This document shows positions 32,297-41,852 of a stretch of 64,000 nt of DNA, piece after piece. The notes under the pieces are model-generated. The model did no database searches and was not told the origin of the DNA. It saw nothing but the letters and a program-made list of their open reading frames with translations. Position 1 is the stretch's first letter; every line of letters begins with the position of its first letter. A program made the translations under genes and the position numbers. Origin of the DNA: a bacterium (GTDB taxonomy: Bacteria > UBA8248); contig OZ242260.1 of the NCBI GenBank assembly GCA_965207065.1, positions 4,256,001 through 4,320,000 of the forward strand, given 5' to 3'.

Positions 32297-34918
32297 TTGC
32301 TGGAACCACGCTACGACCCGAAAGGGGCCGAAGATCGCTGGTATGCCGAATGGCTGAAGCGCGGATATTTTCACGGCGCGCCCAGCGAGAACCACGAACC
32401 TTATTCCATCGTCATCCCGCCCCCGAACGTGACGGGTTCGCTCCACATGGGCCATGCCCTGAACAATGCCCTTCAGGACATCCTCATCCGCTGGAAGCGC
32501 ATGAGCGGCCTGCGCGTCTGCTGGATGCCCGGCACCGACCATGCGGGCATCGCCACCCAGAACGTGGTGGAACGCCAACTCGCCGAGGAGAACCTCTCGC
32601 GCGAATCCCTGGGACGGGAGAAATTCATCGAGCGCGTCTGGAAGTGGAAAGCCGAGAGCGGCGGAACCATCATCCGCCAGCTTCACCACCTGGGCGCTTC
32701 GTGCGACTGGGAACGCGAGCGGTTCACGATGGACGAGGGGCTCTCCCGCGCCGTGCGCGAAGCCTTCGTGAGGCTCTACGAAGAGGGATTGATTTACCGC
32801 GATAATTACCTGGTGAACTGGTGTCCGAGGTGCGAGACGGCCGTATCGGACCTGGAAGTCGAACACGAAGACCACGACGGCCACCTGTGGAATTTCCACT
32901 ACCCGCTCTGGAACGGCGGGGACGGCGTCACCATCGCGACGACGCGCCCCGAGACCATGCTCGGCGACACGGCCGTGGCCATCCACCCCGACGATGAGAG
33001 ATACAAGGACCTCGTGGGCGAGTATCTGCGCCTGCCGCTTCTGGACAGGAAAATCCCCGTCATCGCGGATTCTTTCGTGGACGCCGATTTCGGCTCCGGC
33101 GCGGTGAAGGTCACACCCGCGCACGACCCGAACGATTTCGAGGCGGGCCTCAGAAACGACCTGCCGCAAGTCAACATCCTCACGCCGGACGCGAAGATCA
33201 ACGAAAACGGAGGTCCTTACGAGGGTCTGGACAGGTTCGAGGCGCGAAAGCGCATCGTCGCCGACATGGAAGCGCAGGGGCTGGCGAGAGGAGTGGAAGC
33301 TCATCGTCACGCCATCGGTGGATGCTACCGCTGCGGCACCGTGGTGGAGCCTTATCTCTCGAAGCAATGGTTCGTGCGCGCGAAACCGCTGGCGGAGGAA
33401 TCGATACGCGCCGTCGAGGACGGGCGCATCAGGATCATCCCCAAACAGTGGGAATCCACATATTTCGAGTGGATGCACAACATCAGGGACTGGTGCATCA
33501 GCCGTCAGATCTGGTGGGGCCACCAGATTCCCGCCTGGTACAACGACGAGACCGGAGAAGTCATCGTTTCGCGCGAAGACCCAGGCGACCCGAACCTGAG
33601 ACGCGAGACCGACGTGCTCGACACCTGGTTCAGCTCCGCTCTCTGGCCCTTCTCGACGTTCGGGTGGCCGGACGACAACCCTGATCTTAAATTTTTCTAC
33701 CCCACGTCCGTCCTCGTCACCGGCTTCGACATCATATTCTTCTGGGTGGCGAGAATGATCATGACGGGGCTCAAGTTCATGGACGACGTCCCCTTCCGCG
33801 ACGTCTACATCCACGCCCTCGTGCGGGATGAACAGGGCCAGAAGATGAGCAAGACGCGCGGGAACATTATCGATCCCCTGGAGATCATCGAGGAATTCGG
33901 CACGGATTCACTGCGGTTCACCCTTACCGCCATGGCCGCCCAGGGTCGCGACATACGCCTCTCCACCGAGCGAATCGCCGGATACCGGAATTTCTGCAAC
34001 AAAATCTGGAACGCGGCCCGCTTCACCCTGATGAATCTGGGCGACAGCGTTCCGCCCATGCCGCCGAGAGAATCGCTCTCGCTCGGCGACAGGTGGATAT
34101 TGAGCCGCTTGAACGGCGTGACGCGCCAGGTGGACGAAGCGCTCGAGGAATACCGCTTCAACGACGCCGCCCTGGCGCTCTACCACTTCACCTGGCATGA
34201 GTTGTGCGACTGGTATCTGGAAGTCATCAAGCCCGCCCTGACCTCGGGCGAGGGCGGCGATGCGAGCCGCGCCGTGCTCGCCGAAGCGCTCGAGCGCACG
34301 CTTCGCCTCCTGCATCCCATCATCCCCTTCATCACCGAGGAGATATGGCAGAAACTTCCGAACCGCAGCGGCGAGAGCATCATGGTGGCCGATTGGCCGG
34401 AGCCGCAGGATGGGTGGGACGACGCGCAAGCGGAAGAGGATTTCGAAGCCCTGACGGAGATGATAGGCGGCATCCGGAACATACGGGGCGAGTTGAACAT
34501 TTCTCCCAACAAGGAGATGCCAGCGCACATTCAGGTGCAAGACCCCGGCAAGCTCGACGTCATCATGCGCGAGTCCGAGTGGATACGCAGACTGGCGAGG
34601 ATTGCGCCCGACTGGAATGTCGGCCCCGACGTGGAGCGGCCCAAGGCGTCGGCCCACACCGTTTTCGGCTACGGGCAGGCGTTCGTACCCATCGGCGGAC
34701 TCATCGACGTCGAAGAGGAACTCAAGCGCCTCCACAAACAGATCGCCGACGCGAGCGATGTGATAGCGGGCCTCGAGAAAAAACTCGCCAACCCCTCGTT
34801 CATCGAACGCGCGCCCGCCGAAATCGTGGAAAAAGATAAAAACCGCCTGCGTGAGGCCCTGGAGCGCGCGGAAAAACTCCGCGAGAGCGCAGAGCGCATC
34901 GGAGAATATCAAAACTAG
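32297..34918 (+). CDS. valS: Valine--tRNA ligase
   Basis: PPPNVTGSLHMGH, DWCISRQIWWGH, KMSKT, C-terminal coiled coil. Confidence 0.98.
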   Translation: MLEPRYDPKGAEDRWYAEWLKRGYFHGAPSENHEPYSIVIPPPNVTGSLHMGHALNNALQDILIRWKRMSGLRVCWMPGTDHAGIATQNVVERQLAEENLSRESLGREKFIERVWKWKAESGGTIIRQLHHLGASCDWERERFTMDEGLSRAVREAFVRLYEEGLIYRDNYLVNWCPRCETAVSDLEVEHEDHDGHLWNFHYPLWNGGDGVTIATTRPETMLGDTAVAIHPDDERYKDLVGEYLRLPLLDRKIPVIADSFVDADFGSGAVKVTPAHDPNDFEAGLRNDLPQVNILTPDAKINENGGPYEGLDRFEARKRIVADMEAQGLARGVEAHRHAIGGCYRCGTVVEPYLSKQWFVRAKPLAEESIRAVEDGRIRIIPKQWESTYFEWMHNIRDWCISRQIWWGHQIPAWYNDETGEVIVSREDPGDPNLRRETDVLDTWFSSALWPFSTFGWPDDNPDLKFFYPTSVLVTGFDIIFFWVARMIMTGLKFMDDVPFRDVYIHALVRDEQGQKMSKTRGNIIDPLEIIEEFGTDSLRFTLTAMAAQGRDIRLSTERIAGYRNFCNKIWNAARFTLMNLGDSVPPMPPRESLSLGDRWILSRLNGVTRQVDEALEEYRFNDAALALYHFTWHELCDWYLEVIKPALTSGEGGDASRAVLAEALERTLRLLHPIIPFITEEIWQKLPNRSGESIMVADWPEPQDGWDDAQAEEDFEALTEMIGGIRNIRGELNISPNKEMPAHIQVQDPGKLDVIMRESEWIRRLARIAPDWNVGPDVERPKASAHTVFGYGQAFVPIGGLIDVEEELKRLHKQIADASDVIAGLEKKLANPSFIERAPAEIVEKDKNRLREALERAEKLRESAERIGEYQN

Positions 34919-35686
34919 ATGGATTCTATCGGCGCCGACGAGAAAACTCTCGATTGGCGGATTGAAACGCTTGACGAGACAAGCTCCACCAACGATCTGG
35001 TTTCGGCCCGCGCGCGGGATGGCGAAGCGGGCGGCCTCGTGATACGCGCAATATCCCAGACAAGAGGCAAGGGAAGAAGGGGACGCTCCTGGTTTTCACC
35101 GCCCGGGAGCGGACTCTACTTCTCGGCCCTGCTTCGCCCGAGCGGCGAAACCGGAATTTCATCCTTCCTGACGCTCCTGCTCGGCGTCGCCGCCGCGGAA
35201 GGACTCGCGGAAGCGACGGGTCTTCGAGTCGGAATCAAATGGCCGAATGACTTGAGGGTGGACGGAAAAAAAATCGGCGGAATCCTGTGCGAATACCTGG
35301 AACCACCGAACCAGCCTCCCGCCGTCGTCGCAGGCCTGGGCATCAACCTCACGACGCGGGAAGCCGACTTTCCCCCCGAACTGCGCGAGTCAGCATCCTC
35401 GGTTCTTCTCTCGGGAGGGCGGGTGCCCGACGCGGAACATCTGCTCATTCTCCTTCTTGCGCGCATCGCTTTCTGGTACAAGGAATATGAATCGCGCGGC
35501 TTCGGCGCCGTTCGTGATGAGTGGCTCAGGTTGTGCGACAATCTGGGCGAGCAGATCTCCGTTCATGTCGGGGATGAGACGTTTTCTGGAAAAAACAACG
35601 GGATTGACGAGGCGGGCCGCCTGCTGCTCGAAAAACCCGATGGGTCAATCGAGAGCATAACCTCCGGCGAGGTGGAACTCCCATGA
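34919..35686 (+). CDS. birA: Biotin--protein ligase (no HTH)
   Basis: SSTND, QTRGKGRRGRSW, KWPND, KIGGIL. Confidence 0.95.
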   Translation: MDSIGADEKTLDWRIETLDETSSTNDLVSARARDGEAGGLVIRAISQTRGKGRRGRSWFSPPGSGLYFSALLRPSGETGISSFLTLLLGVAAAEGLAEATGLRVGIKWPNDLRVDGKKIGGILCEYLEPPNQPPAVVAGLGINLTTREADFPPELRESASSVLLSGGRVPDAEHLLILLLARIAFWYKEYESRGFGAVRDEWLRLCDNLGEQISVHVGDETFSGKNNGIDEAGRLLLEKPDGSIESITSGEVELP

Positions 35687-36462
35687 ACCAGGGCTCCTAT
35701 TTGCTGGCCATCGACGTGGGCAACACGCAGACCGTCGTGGGGCTTTTCGACGGAGAAGAACTCGCCTCGAGCTGGCGGCTCGGCTCCGTGGCCCGCCGCA
35801 CGACGGATGAGCTGGCCATACTCATGGAAGGCTTGTTCCGGCTCGGGAAGCACCAGATGTCGGACGTGGGCCGCGTGGTAATCGCGAGCGTCGTCCCTCC
35901 ACTGGGGCCGAACCTCGAGGAGATGGCCATACGCTATTTCGGCGTGAAACCGCTGGTCGTCGGCCCGGGGATACGAACAGGCATCTCCATAAAATACGAG
36001 AACCCCCGCGAAGTGGGAGCGGACAGGATCGTCAACGCCGTCGCGGGCCACCACCTCTACGGCGGGCCCTTGGTGATCGTCGATTTCGGAACGGCCATCA
36101 CCTTCGACGCGATATCCACTGCGGGAGAATACCTGGGCGGCGCCATTTCGCCCGGCCTCGGCATCGCCCTGGAAGCGCTCATCGACAAAACGGCCAGGCT
36201 CCCCCGGGTCGAAACCGCCGTGCCGCCCTCCGTGATCGGAAAAAACACGGTCCACAGCATTCAATCCGGCATCGCGTACGGGTACCGGGGTCTGGTCAGG
36301 GAAATCGTCGAGCGCATGAAAACAGAACTCGGAAACGATACGAAGGTCGTCGCTACGGGCGGCCAGAGTCTGGCGTTGGGTGGAGAAGAAGGGGTTTTCG
36401 ACCTGATCAACCCCGAGTTGACCCTCCTGGGTCTGCGCCTAATCGCCGAGAGAAATCCTTGA
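35683..36462 (+). CDS. coaX: Type III pantothenate kinase
   Basis: LAIDVGNT, VGADR, VDFGTA, ATGG. Confidence 0.95.
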   Translation: MNQGSYLLAIDVGNTQTVVGLFDGEELASSWRLGSVARRTTDELAILMEGLFRLGKHQMSDVGRVVIASVVPPLGPNLEEMAIRYFGVKPLVVGPGIRTGISIKYENPREVGADRIVNAVAGHHLYGGPLVIVDFGTAITFDAISTAGEYLGGAISPGLGIALEALIDKTARLPRVETAVPPSVIGKNTVHSIQSGIAYGYRGLVREIVERMKTELGNDTKVVATGGQSLALGGEEGVFDLINPELTLLGLRLIAERNP

Positions 36463-36514
36463 CGGGCATCAGGCGGCGGCTATCTCACCGACCAGATACA
36501 GCCGCAAAAATTCG

Positions 36515-36874
36515 CTACTGAAACGCGTTCTTGAGCAACTCCTTCGCTTTCGGCTTTTTCCCCGCTTCGGCTTCTAAGAGCACCACGTCGAAACGACAGA
36601 CGGACGATTGCTCCCGGGGATGCGTCAGCAAATAGTGCTGCGCGGCCTGCGCGATTCTTCGCTGTTTCTCGCGACCCACGGCCTCGGCGCCGCTGAGAGA
36701 CTTGCCCGGCGCGCGGGTCTTCACCTCGATGAACGAGAGCACCGCGCCTTCTCGCGCGATGATGTCCACCTCGTAGCGCGCGCCCCGGTAGTTTCGCTCG
36801 ATGATTTCATAGCCGCGTCTGCGCAGGAATTTCTCGGCGGCGTCTTCCCCGATTTTTCCGCTCTCGCGGCTCAC
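36515..36874 (-). CDS. YraN family protein
   Basis: GEDAA..FL...GY.IIERN, EVDIIA, FIEVKTR, RFDV. Confidence 0.92.
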   Translation of the reverse strand: MSRESGKIGEDAAEKFLRRRGYEIIERNYRGARYEVDIIAREGAVLSFIEVKTRAPGKSLSGAEAVGREKQRRIAQAAQHYLLTHPREQSSVCRFDVVLLEAEAGKKPKAKELLKNAFQ

Positions 36875-36881
36875 GGCTTCC

Positions 36882-37484
36882 TCACGCTCCCGCTACGGCC
36901 GGCACGCCCCGGAACGTACGCCGGTGAATGCGGCAGGGACCATGACGCTCCAGAGCGGCCAGATGATCCCGCGTGGGATACCCCTTGTGCCTGCCGAACC
37001 CGTAGCCCGGGAAGCGCCCGTCCATCCGGGCCATTACGCGGTCCCGGTACACCTTGGCGACAACGCTCGCCGCGGCGATGCAGGCGCAGCGCGAATCCCC
37101 TTTCACGAGCGGGGTTTGCGGCAAGGGAGTGGGGATTCTCCTGTTTCCGTCGACGAGTACGTGGGCGGGCGCGGACCCAAGCCCTTCCACGGCGGCCGCC
37201 ATGGCGCGCAGGGAGGCCTGCAGGATGTTGATTCTCTCGATCTCGCGCGGCCCTGCCGCTGCCAGGGCGACGGCGAGCGCTTTCGCGAGAATCTCGGGCA
37301 AGAGCGCTTCTCGCTGGCGCGGGGACAGCTTCTTGCTGTCGGCAAGGCCGGCGATGGGATTCCCGGGGTCGAGCACCACAGCGGCGGCCACGACCGGGCC
37401 CGCCAGGGGGCCGCGCCCGGCCTCGTCCACGCCTGCGACGGGCGAGGCGCCTTCCCGCGCGATTTCGCGTTCGATGGAATACAT
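36882..37484 (-). CDS. rnhB: Ribonuclease HII
   Basis: AGVDEAGRGPLAGPV, DSKKL, KGD..IAAAS..AKV. Confidence 0.96.
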   Translation of the reverse strand: MYSIEREIAREGASPVAGVDEAGRGPLAGPVVAAAVVLDPGNPIAGLADSKKLSPRQREALLPEILAKALAVALAAAGPREIERINILQASLRAMAAAVEGLGSAPAHVLVDGNRRIPTPLPQTPLVKGDSRCACIAAASVVAKVYRDRVMARMDGRFPGYGFGRHKGYPTRDHLAALERHGPCRIHRRTFRGVPAVAGA

Positions 37485-37638
37485 GAAAAACCATTCCAGG
37501 CGGTGGATATCCGCAATATATCGATGATTCGGGGCTTCCTCAAGGCGTCGCTCCCCTGACAGGCTTGGGGACGGCTTGGAAATCTGAGAAGATGGGGTAT
37601 CCCTTGAACCGAAGATATTACCGACTGGAGAAGATACG

Positions 37639-38628
37639 TTGGCCAAATCCAAGCTGTTCCGAAAAGACCACCTCATCGACTCGCACGACGAAGGCATCAA
37701 GCTGCACCTGAGAGAGAAAAAACCGCGCGGCATGAAGAAGTCGGAAGCGGCCAATACCATGCTCATGGTCCACGGGCAGAGCACGCCCGCGCCCGTCGCC
37801 TTCGACTTGCCCCTGCCCGGCTACTCGTGGATGGACTTCGCCGCCGCACGCGGCTTTCACGTCTACGCCCTCTGCATCCGGGGCTACGGCCCCTCCACGC
37901 GGCCCCCTGAGATGCTGAGAAGCCCCGCCGGCCAGCCTCCGGCCGTGCGGGGAATCACCGCGGTGCGCGACATCGACGCCGCCGTCAGGTTCATCTGCGA
38001 GCAAAACGCCATAAACAAGCTGAACCTGCTCGGCTGGTCGTGGGGCACGACGACCACGGCCGCCTTCACCGCCGGAAAGCAGGCGCGCATCCGCCGCCTC
38101 GCTCTCTACGCGCCTTTTTACGCCTACGACAACCCCCAGGCGGCGGCGCTGTGGGAAGACCCCGCGCGCCCCGGACGCTGGGACCCCCGCAAGGGGGCAT
38201 GGCGCTGGGTGACTGAAAGCTACCAGCGCGAGCGCTGGGACGGGAGCATCCCCAAAGGACAGCACACGAAGTGGCGGACAGAGGCGGCTATCAAGCGCTT
38301 CTGGATCGAGCAGCAGAAATTCGACCCCGAGGGCGCCAAGCGAAGAACCCCCGCCGTCCGCGTGCCCAACGGCGCGATGGCGGACAGCTACGACCGCGCC
38401 CGCAACAAGCCGCTCTACGACGCGAGCAGAATCACCTGCCCGGTCCTGACCATCCGGGGAGACCATGACAGAAGCTCGACTGACGCCGTTTTCGCCGCCG
38501 TGTACCGCGCGCTCATAAACAGCCGGGGGAAGCGCTCGGTCACGCTGGGAGACGCCACGCACTTCGCCCAGTACGAATGGTGCCGCGAGGCCCTCTACAA
38601 CGAGGTGCAGAATTTCATCGAGGGTTGA
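37639..38628 (+). CDS. Alpha/beta hydrolase
   Basis: HG oxyanion motif, GWSWG nucleophile elbow, RGDHD, TH near C-terminus. Confidence 0.85.
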   Translation: MAKSKLFRKDHLIDSHDEGIKLHLREKKPRGMKKSEAANTMLMVHGQSTPAPVAFDLPLPGYSWMDFAAARGFHVYALCIRGYGPSTRPPEMLRSPAGQPPAVRGITAVRDIDAAVRFICEQNAINKLNLLGWSWGTTTTAAFTAGKQARIRRLALYAPFYAYDNPQAAALWEDPARPGRWDPRKGAWRWVTESYQRERWDGSIPKGQHTKWRTEAAIKRFWIEQQKFDPEGAKRRTPAVRVPNGAMADSYDRARNKPLYDASRITCPVLTIRGDHDRSSTDAVFAAVYRALINSRGKRSVTLGDATHFAQYEWCREALYNEVQNFIEG

Positions 38629-38816
38629 ATCGAGGGAAACCGGCGACAAGATGCGGTTTCGTTCATCATTCCGGCGTCGGACCCGATCTGGGAGGGAGGA
38701 TTTATCACTCCCCCTTGATGGGGGAAGTATTTCATTTCTCCTTGGGGTTATTTTTGGGAATTATAAACTTAACTATGCAAATTGCTTTTAAAAAATAAAA
38801 GGATTTGCTTTCATGA

Positions 38817-39719
38817 CTAGGCTATCACCTTCGCATCACTTATGTGCAATCGTTTCACGATGCCTTTTTGTATTTCGACCTTTGCTACGACAATAAATTC
38901 AGAATGATCGTTCAGTGCTTGTGAATATATATTTTGGCGTATACCTATCGCCGGGTCTGTTATTCGACCAGTTATATGTTCACCAAAAAATTCAACATCA
39001 ACAACACAATGCCCTGTGTCGAGATTGAGTTCCCTGATCCTTACGACCCGGTATTCAGTCGCGTCTCCTACTTCTATTTCCCCTTCATCGCGTATAGCTT
39101 TTGCGTCTGATTCTGTGATTTCCGATTTTGATTCAGACTCAGAAAATTGTTCGATGGCGGAACAAGATGAACCGATGGGTTTCACAAACTCACGGGCATA
39201 AGGTCTTGTGCTTTCAGCGAGCAGTGGTATCTGTTCAGTTAATTTTTCCATTAGTGCCGCTAGATTGTCATTCGCTTTTTGGTTCGCGGCCACAAGAACT
39301 TCCATGACTTTCGCATCTTGCTCCGCTTTTTCACGAATCACATCTACAAGTTCTTTCACTATGGCCTCCTGTTCACTTGGATGAGTCCATAATTTCAATA
39401 ATGCCTCAACTATTTTACGAAATATCCAACTTAATGGTTCCTTGAACATATAAAATACAACGCCAAATTCTCCGGCCTGAGCAGGTTCAATCCCAAATTC
39501 TTGTCCGAAAGACCCCTTTTTAGGAACTTTTGACACGCAGATAAATTTGTTTTTTGCATTTGGTTTAGGAATTTCGCCGTAGTAAATATATTCGGCGATG
39601 GTGATATATAATTTCGAAGCACCGATGAGAGATTCACCATATTCTTTCGAGTCAAGAAAATGGTGATCCGCGCTCTTGCCGATATAACGAACCATGAATG
39701 GAGAAACAACTTCCACCAT
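38817..39719 (-). CDS. Hypothetical passenger protein (300 aa)
   Basis: Long ORF in AT-rich DNA with a central helical segment; no motif recognised. Confidence 0.75.
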   Translation of the reverse strand: MVEVVSPFMVRYIGKSADHHFLDSKEYGESLIGASKLYITIAEYIYYGEIPKPNAKNKFICVSKVPKKGSFGQEFGIEPAQAGEFGVVFYMFKEPLSWIFRKIVEALLKLWTHPSEQEAIVKELVDVIREKAEQDAKVMEVLVAANQKANDNLAALMEKLTEQIPLLAESTRPYAREFVKPIGSSCSAIEQFSESESKSEITESDAKAIRDEGEIEVGDATEYRVVRIRELNLDTGHCVVDVEFFGEHITGRITDPAIGIRQNIYSQALNDHSEFIVVAKVEIQKGIVKRLHISDAKVIA

Positions 39720-39852
39720 CGATAAATTTTCCAGAAATGATTGCGGTATACGTTACGGACGGAGCTTTGCTTGCCGGTACGGACTGCATTGTATCTTATA
39801 CGTTGTAAGGTATGCAACACAGTAAGGAAACGATACCTTATCCCCTGCCTAA

Positions 39853-40131
39853 TCATCTACACAGTTCTCTCATTTCTTTCCTTGAAGAAAATGGTTCAAA
39901 TTCTTTATCAAAGTGCTTCGTAATGGCTCCATGTATTTTCTTTAATGAATGTTCCATATGAACATCGATGAGACTAATTTCATCTTTGATCTCAATTTCC
40001 ACTTTATCGATTTTGGATTCAAGTCTATCAAATCTTTTATCCATTTCATCCAGTTTTCGTAGAATCGCGTTCATATCTCTTTTAAGTTTCCTTATTTGTT
40101 CTTCCAGAGTCTTATTTCTATTTATACTCAT
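39853..40131 (-). CDS. Small coiled-coil passenger protein (92 aa)
   Basis: AGGAG RBS; heptad pattern LDEMDKRFDRLESKIDKVE. Confidence 0.7.
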   Translation of the reverse strand: MSINRNKTLEEQIRKLKRDMNAILRKLDEMDKRFDRLESKIDKVEIEIKDEISLIDVHMEHSLKKIHGAITKHFDKEFEPFSSRKEMRELCR

Positions 40132-40219
40132 TTCAAATCTCCTAAAAAGAAATTAACTTCAATCACTCCATTAATATCAATAGTTCTTCAAATAAAATAA
40201 GAATACCTTATAAAATAAC

Positions 40220-40248
40220 TTGACATTATTTATATTATTTGATATAAT
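40220..40248 (+). promoter_or_regulatory. Consensus sigma70 promoter for transposase
   Basis: TTGACA-17 nt-TATAAT with extended -10 TG; RBS GGGAGAGG at 40262. Confidence 0.85.
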
Positions 40249-40275
40249 TGTGTTATTGAATGGGAGAGGCAATCA

Positions 40276-41220
40276 ATGGCACACAAAGCACCCGGCAAAG
40301 CATTTAGAGAAGGCATTTCACTAATCGACCTTTTCAAGATGTTCCCCGATGAGGAAACTGCCACCACATGGTTTGAAGGCTTGAAGTGGGGTAAAGACCT
40401 GGAATATCTTTGTTGCCCTAGATGTGGTTGCATGGATAAGGTTAGGCCTGTTCCTTCCAAAAAACCCATGCCTTACTGGTGCGGCGATTGCCGACGCAAT
40501 TTCAGCGTAAGAACTGGAACAGTCATGGAGAAGTCAAGGATTCCCCTTCAAAAATGGGCAATCGCCATGTACTTGAATGTAACCAGTCTCAAGGGCGTTT
40601 CTTCAATGAAACTTCATCGAGACCTTGATATTTCCCAAAGGTCTGCTTGGTTCATGGGGCATAGAATCAGGGAAGCCATGAATAATGAAGGTGGAATGTT
40701 TGATGGCCCCGTAGAAATCGATGAAACTTATGTAGGTGGCTTGGAGAGAAATAAACACGGAAAGAAGAAACTCAAGGCAGGACGCGGCGCAGTAGGCAAA
40801 GCCGCCGTAGTGGGTATCAAGGAACGGAAATCAAACAAGGTTAAAGCTAAGGTAGTGGAAGATACCAAGAAAGAAACCCTGCAAGATTTCGTTAATGAGA
40901 ATGTGGTTGCAGAAGCCAAGAAATATACTGATGAAAATCGTTCATACAGGGGATTGAGCAATCACAAATCCGTCAATCACAGCATGGGCAAGTGGGTAGA
41001 CGAGATGGCCCATACAAACGGCATCGAATCCTTCTGGTCTATGTTCAAGCGGGGGTTTCATGGAACCTATCACAAGATGAGTCATAAGCATCTTCACCGC
41101 TATATCATTGAATTTAGTGAGAGACATAATCTCCGGCCAATGGATACTATTTCCCAAATGAAAACTCTTGCAGGTAACATGGACGGCAAGAGACTAACCT
41201 ACGAAGATTTGATTGCTTAG
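40276..41220 (+). CDS. IS1595-family (ISXO2-like) DDE transposase
   Basis: Zn ribbon CPRC...CGDC, VEIDETYVGG, YTDE, HTNGIESFWS, RLTYEDLI; uninterrupted. Confidence 0.95.
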   Translation: MAHKAPGKAFREGISLIDLFKMFPDEETATTWFEGLKWGKDLEYLCCPRCGCMDKVRPVPSKKPMPYWCGDCRRNFSVRTGTVMEKSRIPLQKWAIAMYLNVTSLKGVSSMKLHRDLDISQRSAWFMGHRIREAMNNEGGMFDGPVEIDETYVGGLERNKHGKKKLKAGRGAVGKAAVVGIKERKSNKVKAKVVEDTKKETLQDFVNENVVAEAKKYTDENRSYRGLSNHKSVNHSMGKWVDEMAHTNGIESFWSMFKRGFHGTYHKMSHKHLHRYIIEFSERHNLRPMDTISQMKTLAGNMDGKRLTYEDLIA

Positions 41221-41222
41221 AT

Positions 41223-41357
41223 ATGTCGAAAACAGAAAACGATAAGAAGAAAGAAGAACAGAAGAAGGCACGGGATTCTATCCCGTCGCATATCCATGAA
41301 GATGTGGAAGAAATAGCAAAAAAGATTCTTGGTGTTCCTGAAAGGAAGAAAAAGTAG
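41223..41357 (+). CDS. Small charged protein (44 aa) directly after transposase
   Basis: MSKTENDKKKEEQKKARDSIPSHIHEDVEEIAKKILGVPERKKK; ATG 2 nt after transposase stop. Confidence 0.55.
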   Translation: MSKTENDKKKEEQKKARDSIPSHIHEDVEEIAKKILGVPERKKK

Positions 41358-41418
41358 GAATCTCCCCGTTTAATTTCATCTTGACTTTAGCATTCGACCT
41401 CACATAGCATTGATTCCA

Positions 41419-41580
41419 GCCATTACCATAGAGTTTCCCGTCTACCAAGTCGGGTCACTCGCTAAATACAACAGCCTTGTAACCCGGCGCGGGGTAGCTC
41501 CCCATGCTAAAGGTGAATAGGCGAGATTACCCCAAGCATCTCTATGGTAATGGCATGACCCGGCCTTATGGGAAGGTCGG
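41419..41580 (+). ncRNA. Candidate structured RNA (three-way junction plus 3' hairpin) inside the IS1595 element
   Basis: Perfect 15-bp closing stem 41419-33/41540-54, two internal hairpins, 3' hairpin 41560-80; upstream TTGACT-18-TAGCAT. Confidence 0.6.
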
Positions 41581-41614
41581 AATTATGTTCATTCGCTGTA
41601 GAGAAACCAAAACA

Positions 41615-41848
41615 ATGAATTTAGATTCCATAATTTATTGGTTGGCCGCCAAAGATTGTCAAATTTTAGAATTTGTTGGCTTAAACAAAATTGCAACAGA
41701 TTTAGGTTGTTATCCTCTTTTCCAGTCTCGATTAGCGGCAGAATTGGACTTGTATTACTGGATGGGCGCATTGACTGGATTTGGATTAATCAGTGTTGTC
41801 TTGAGTATTTTAAGTTCCATACTCGGATTTTCAAAGAAAAAGGAATGA
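41615..41848 (+). CDS. Small membrane passenger protein
   Basis: C-terminal hydrophobic helix followed by KKKE; start uncertain (in-frame ATGs also at 41504/41555/41585). Confidence 0.55.
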   Translation: MNLDSIIYWLAAKDCQILEFVGLNKIATDLGCYPLFQSRLAAELDLYYWMGALTGFGLISVVLSILSSILGFSKKKE

Positions 41849-41852
41849 ATAA

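Noticed and set aside
41419-41554. Retron msr-msd (a1/a2-like inverted repeats)
   Set aside because: No reverse transcriptase motifs in any ORF of the element or window
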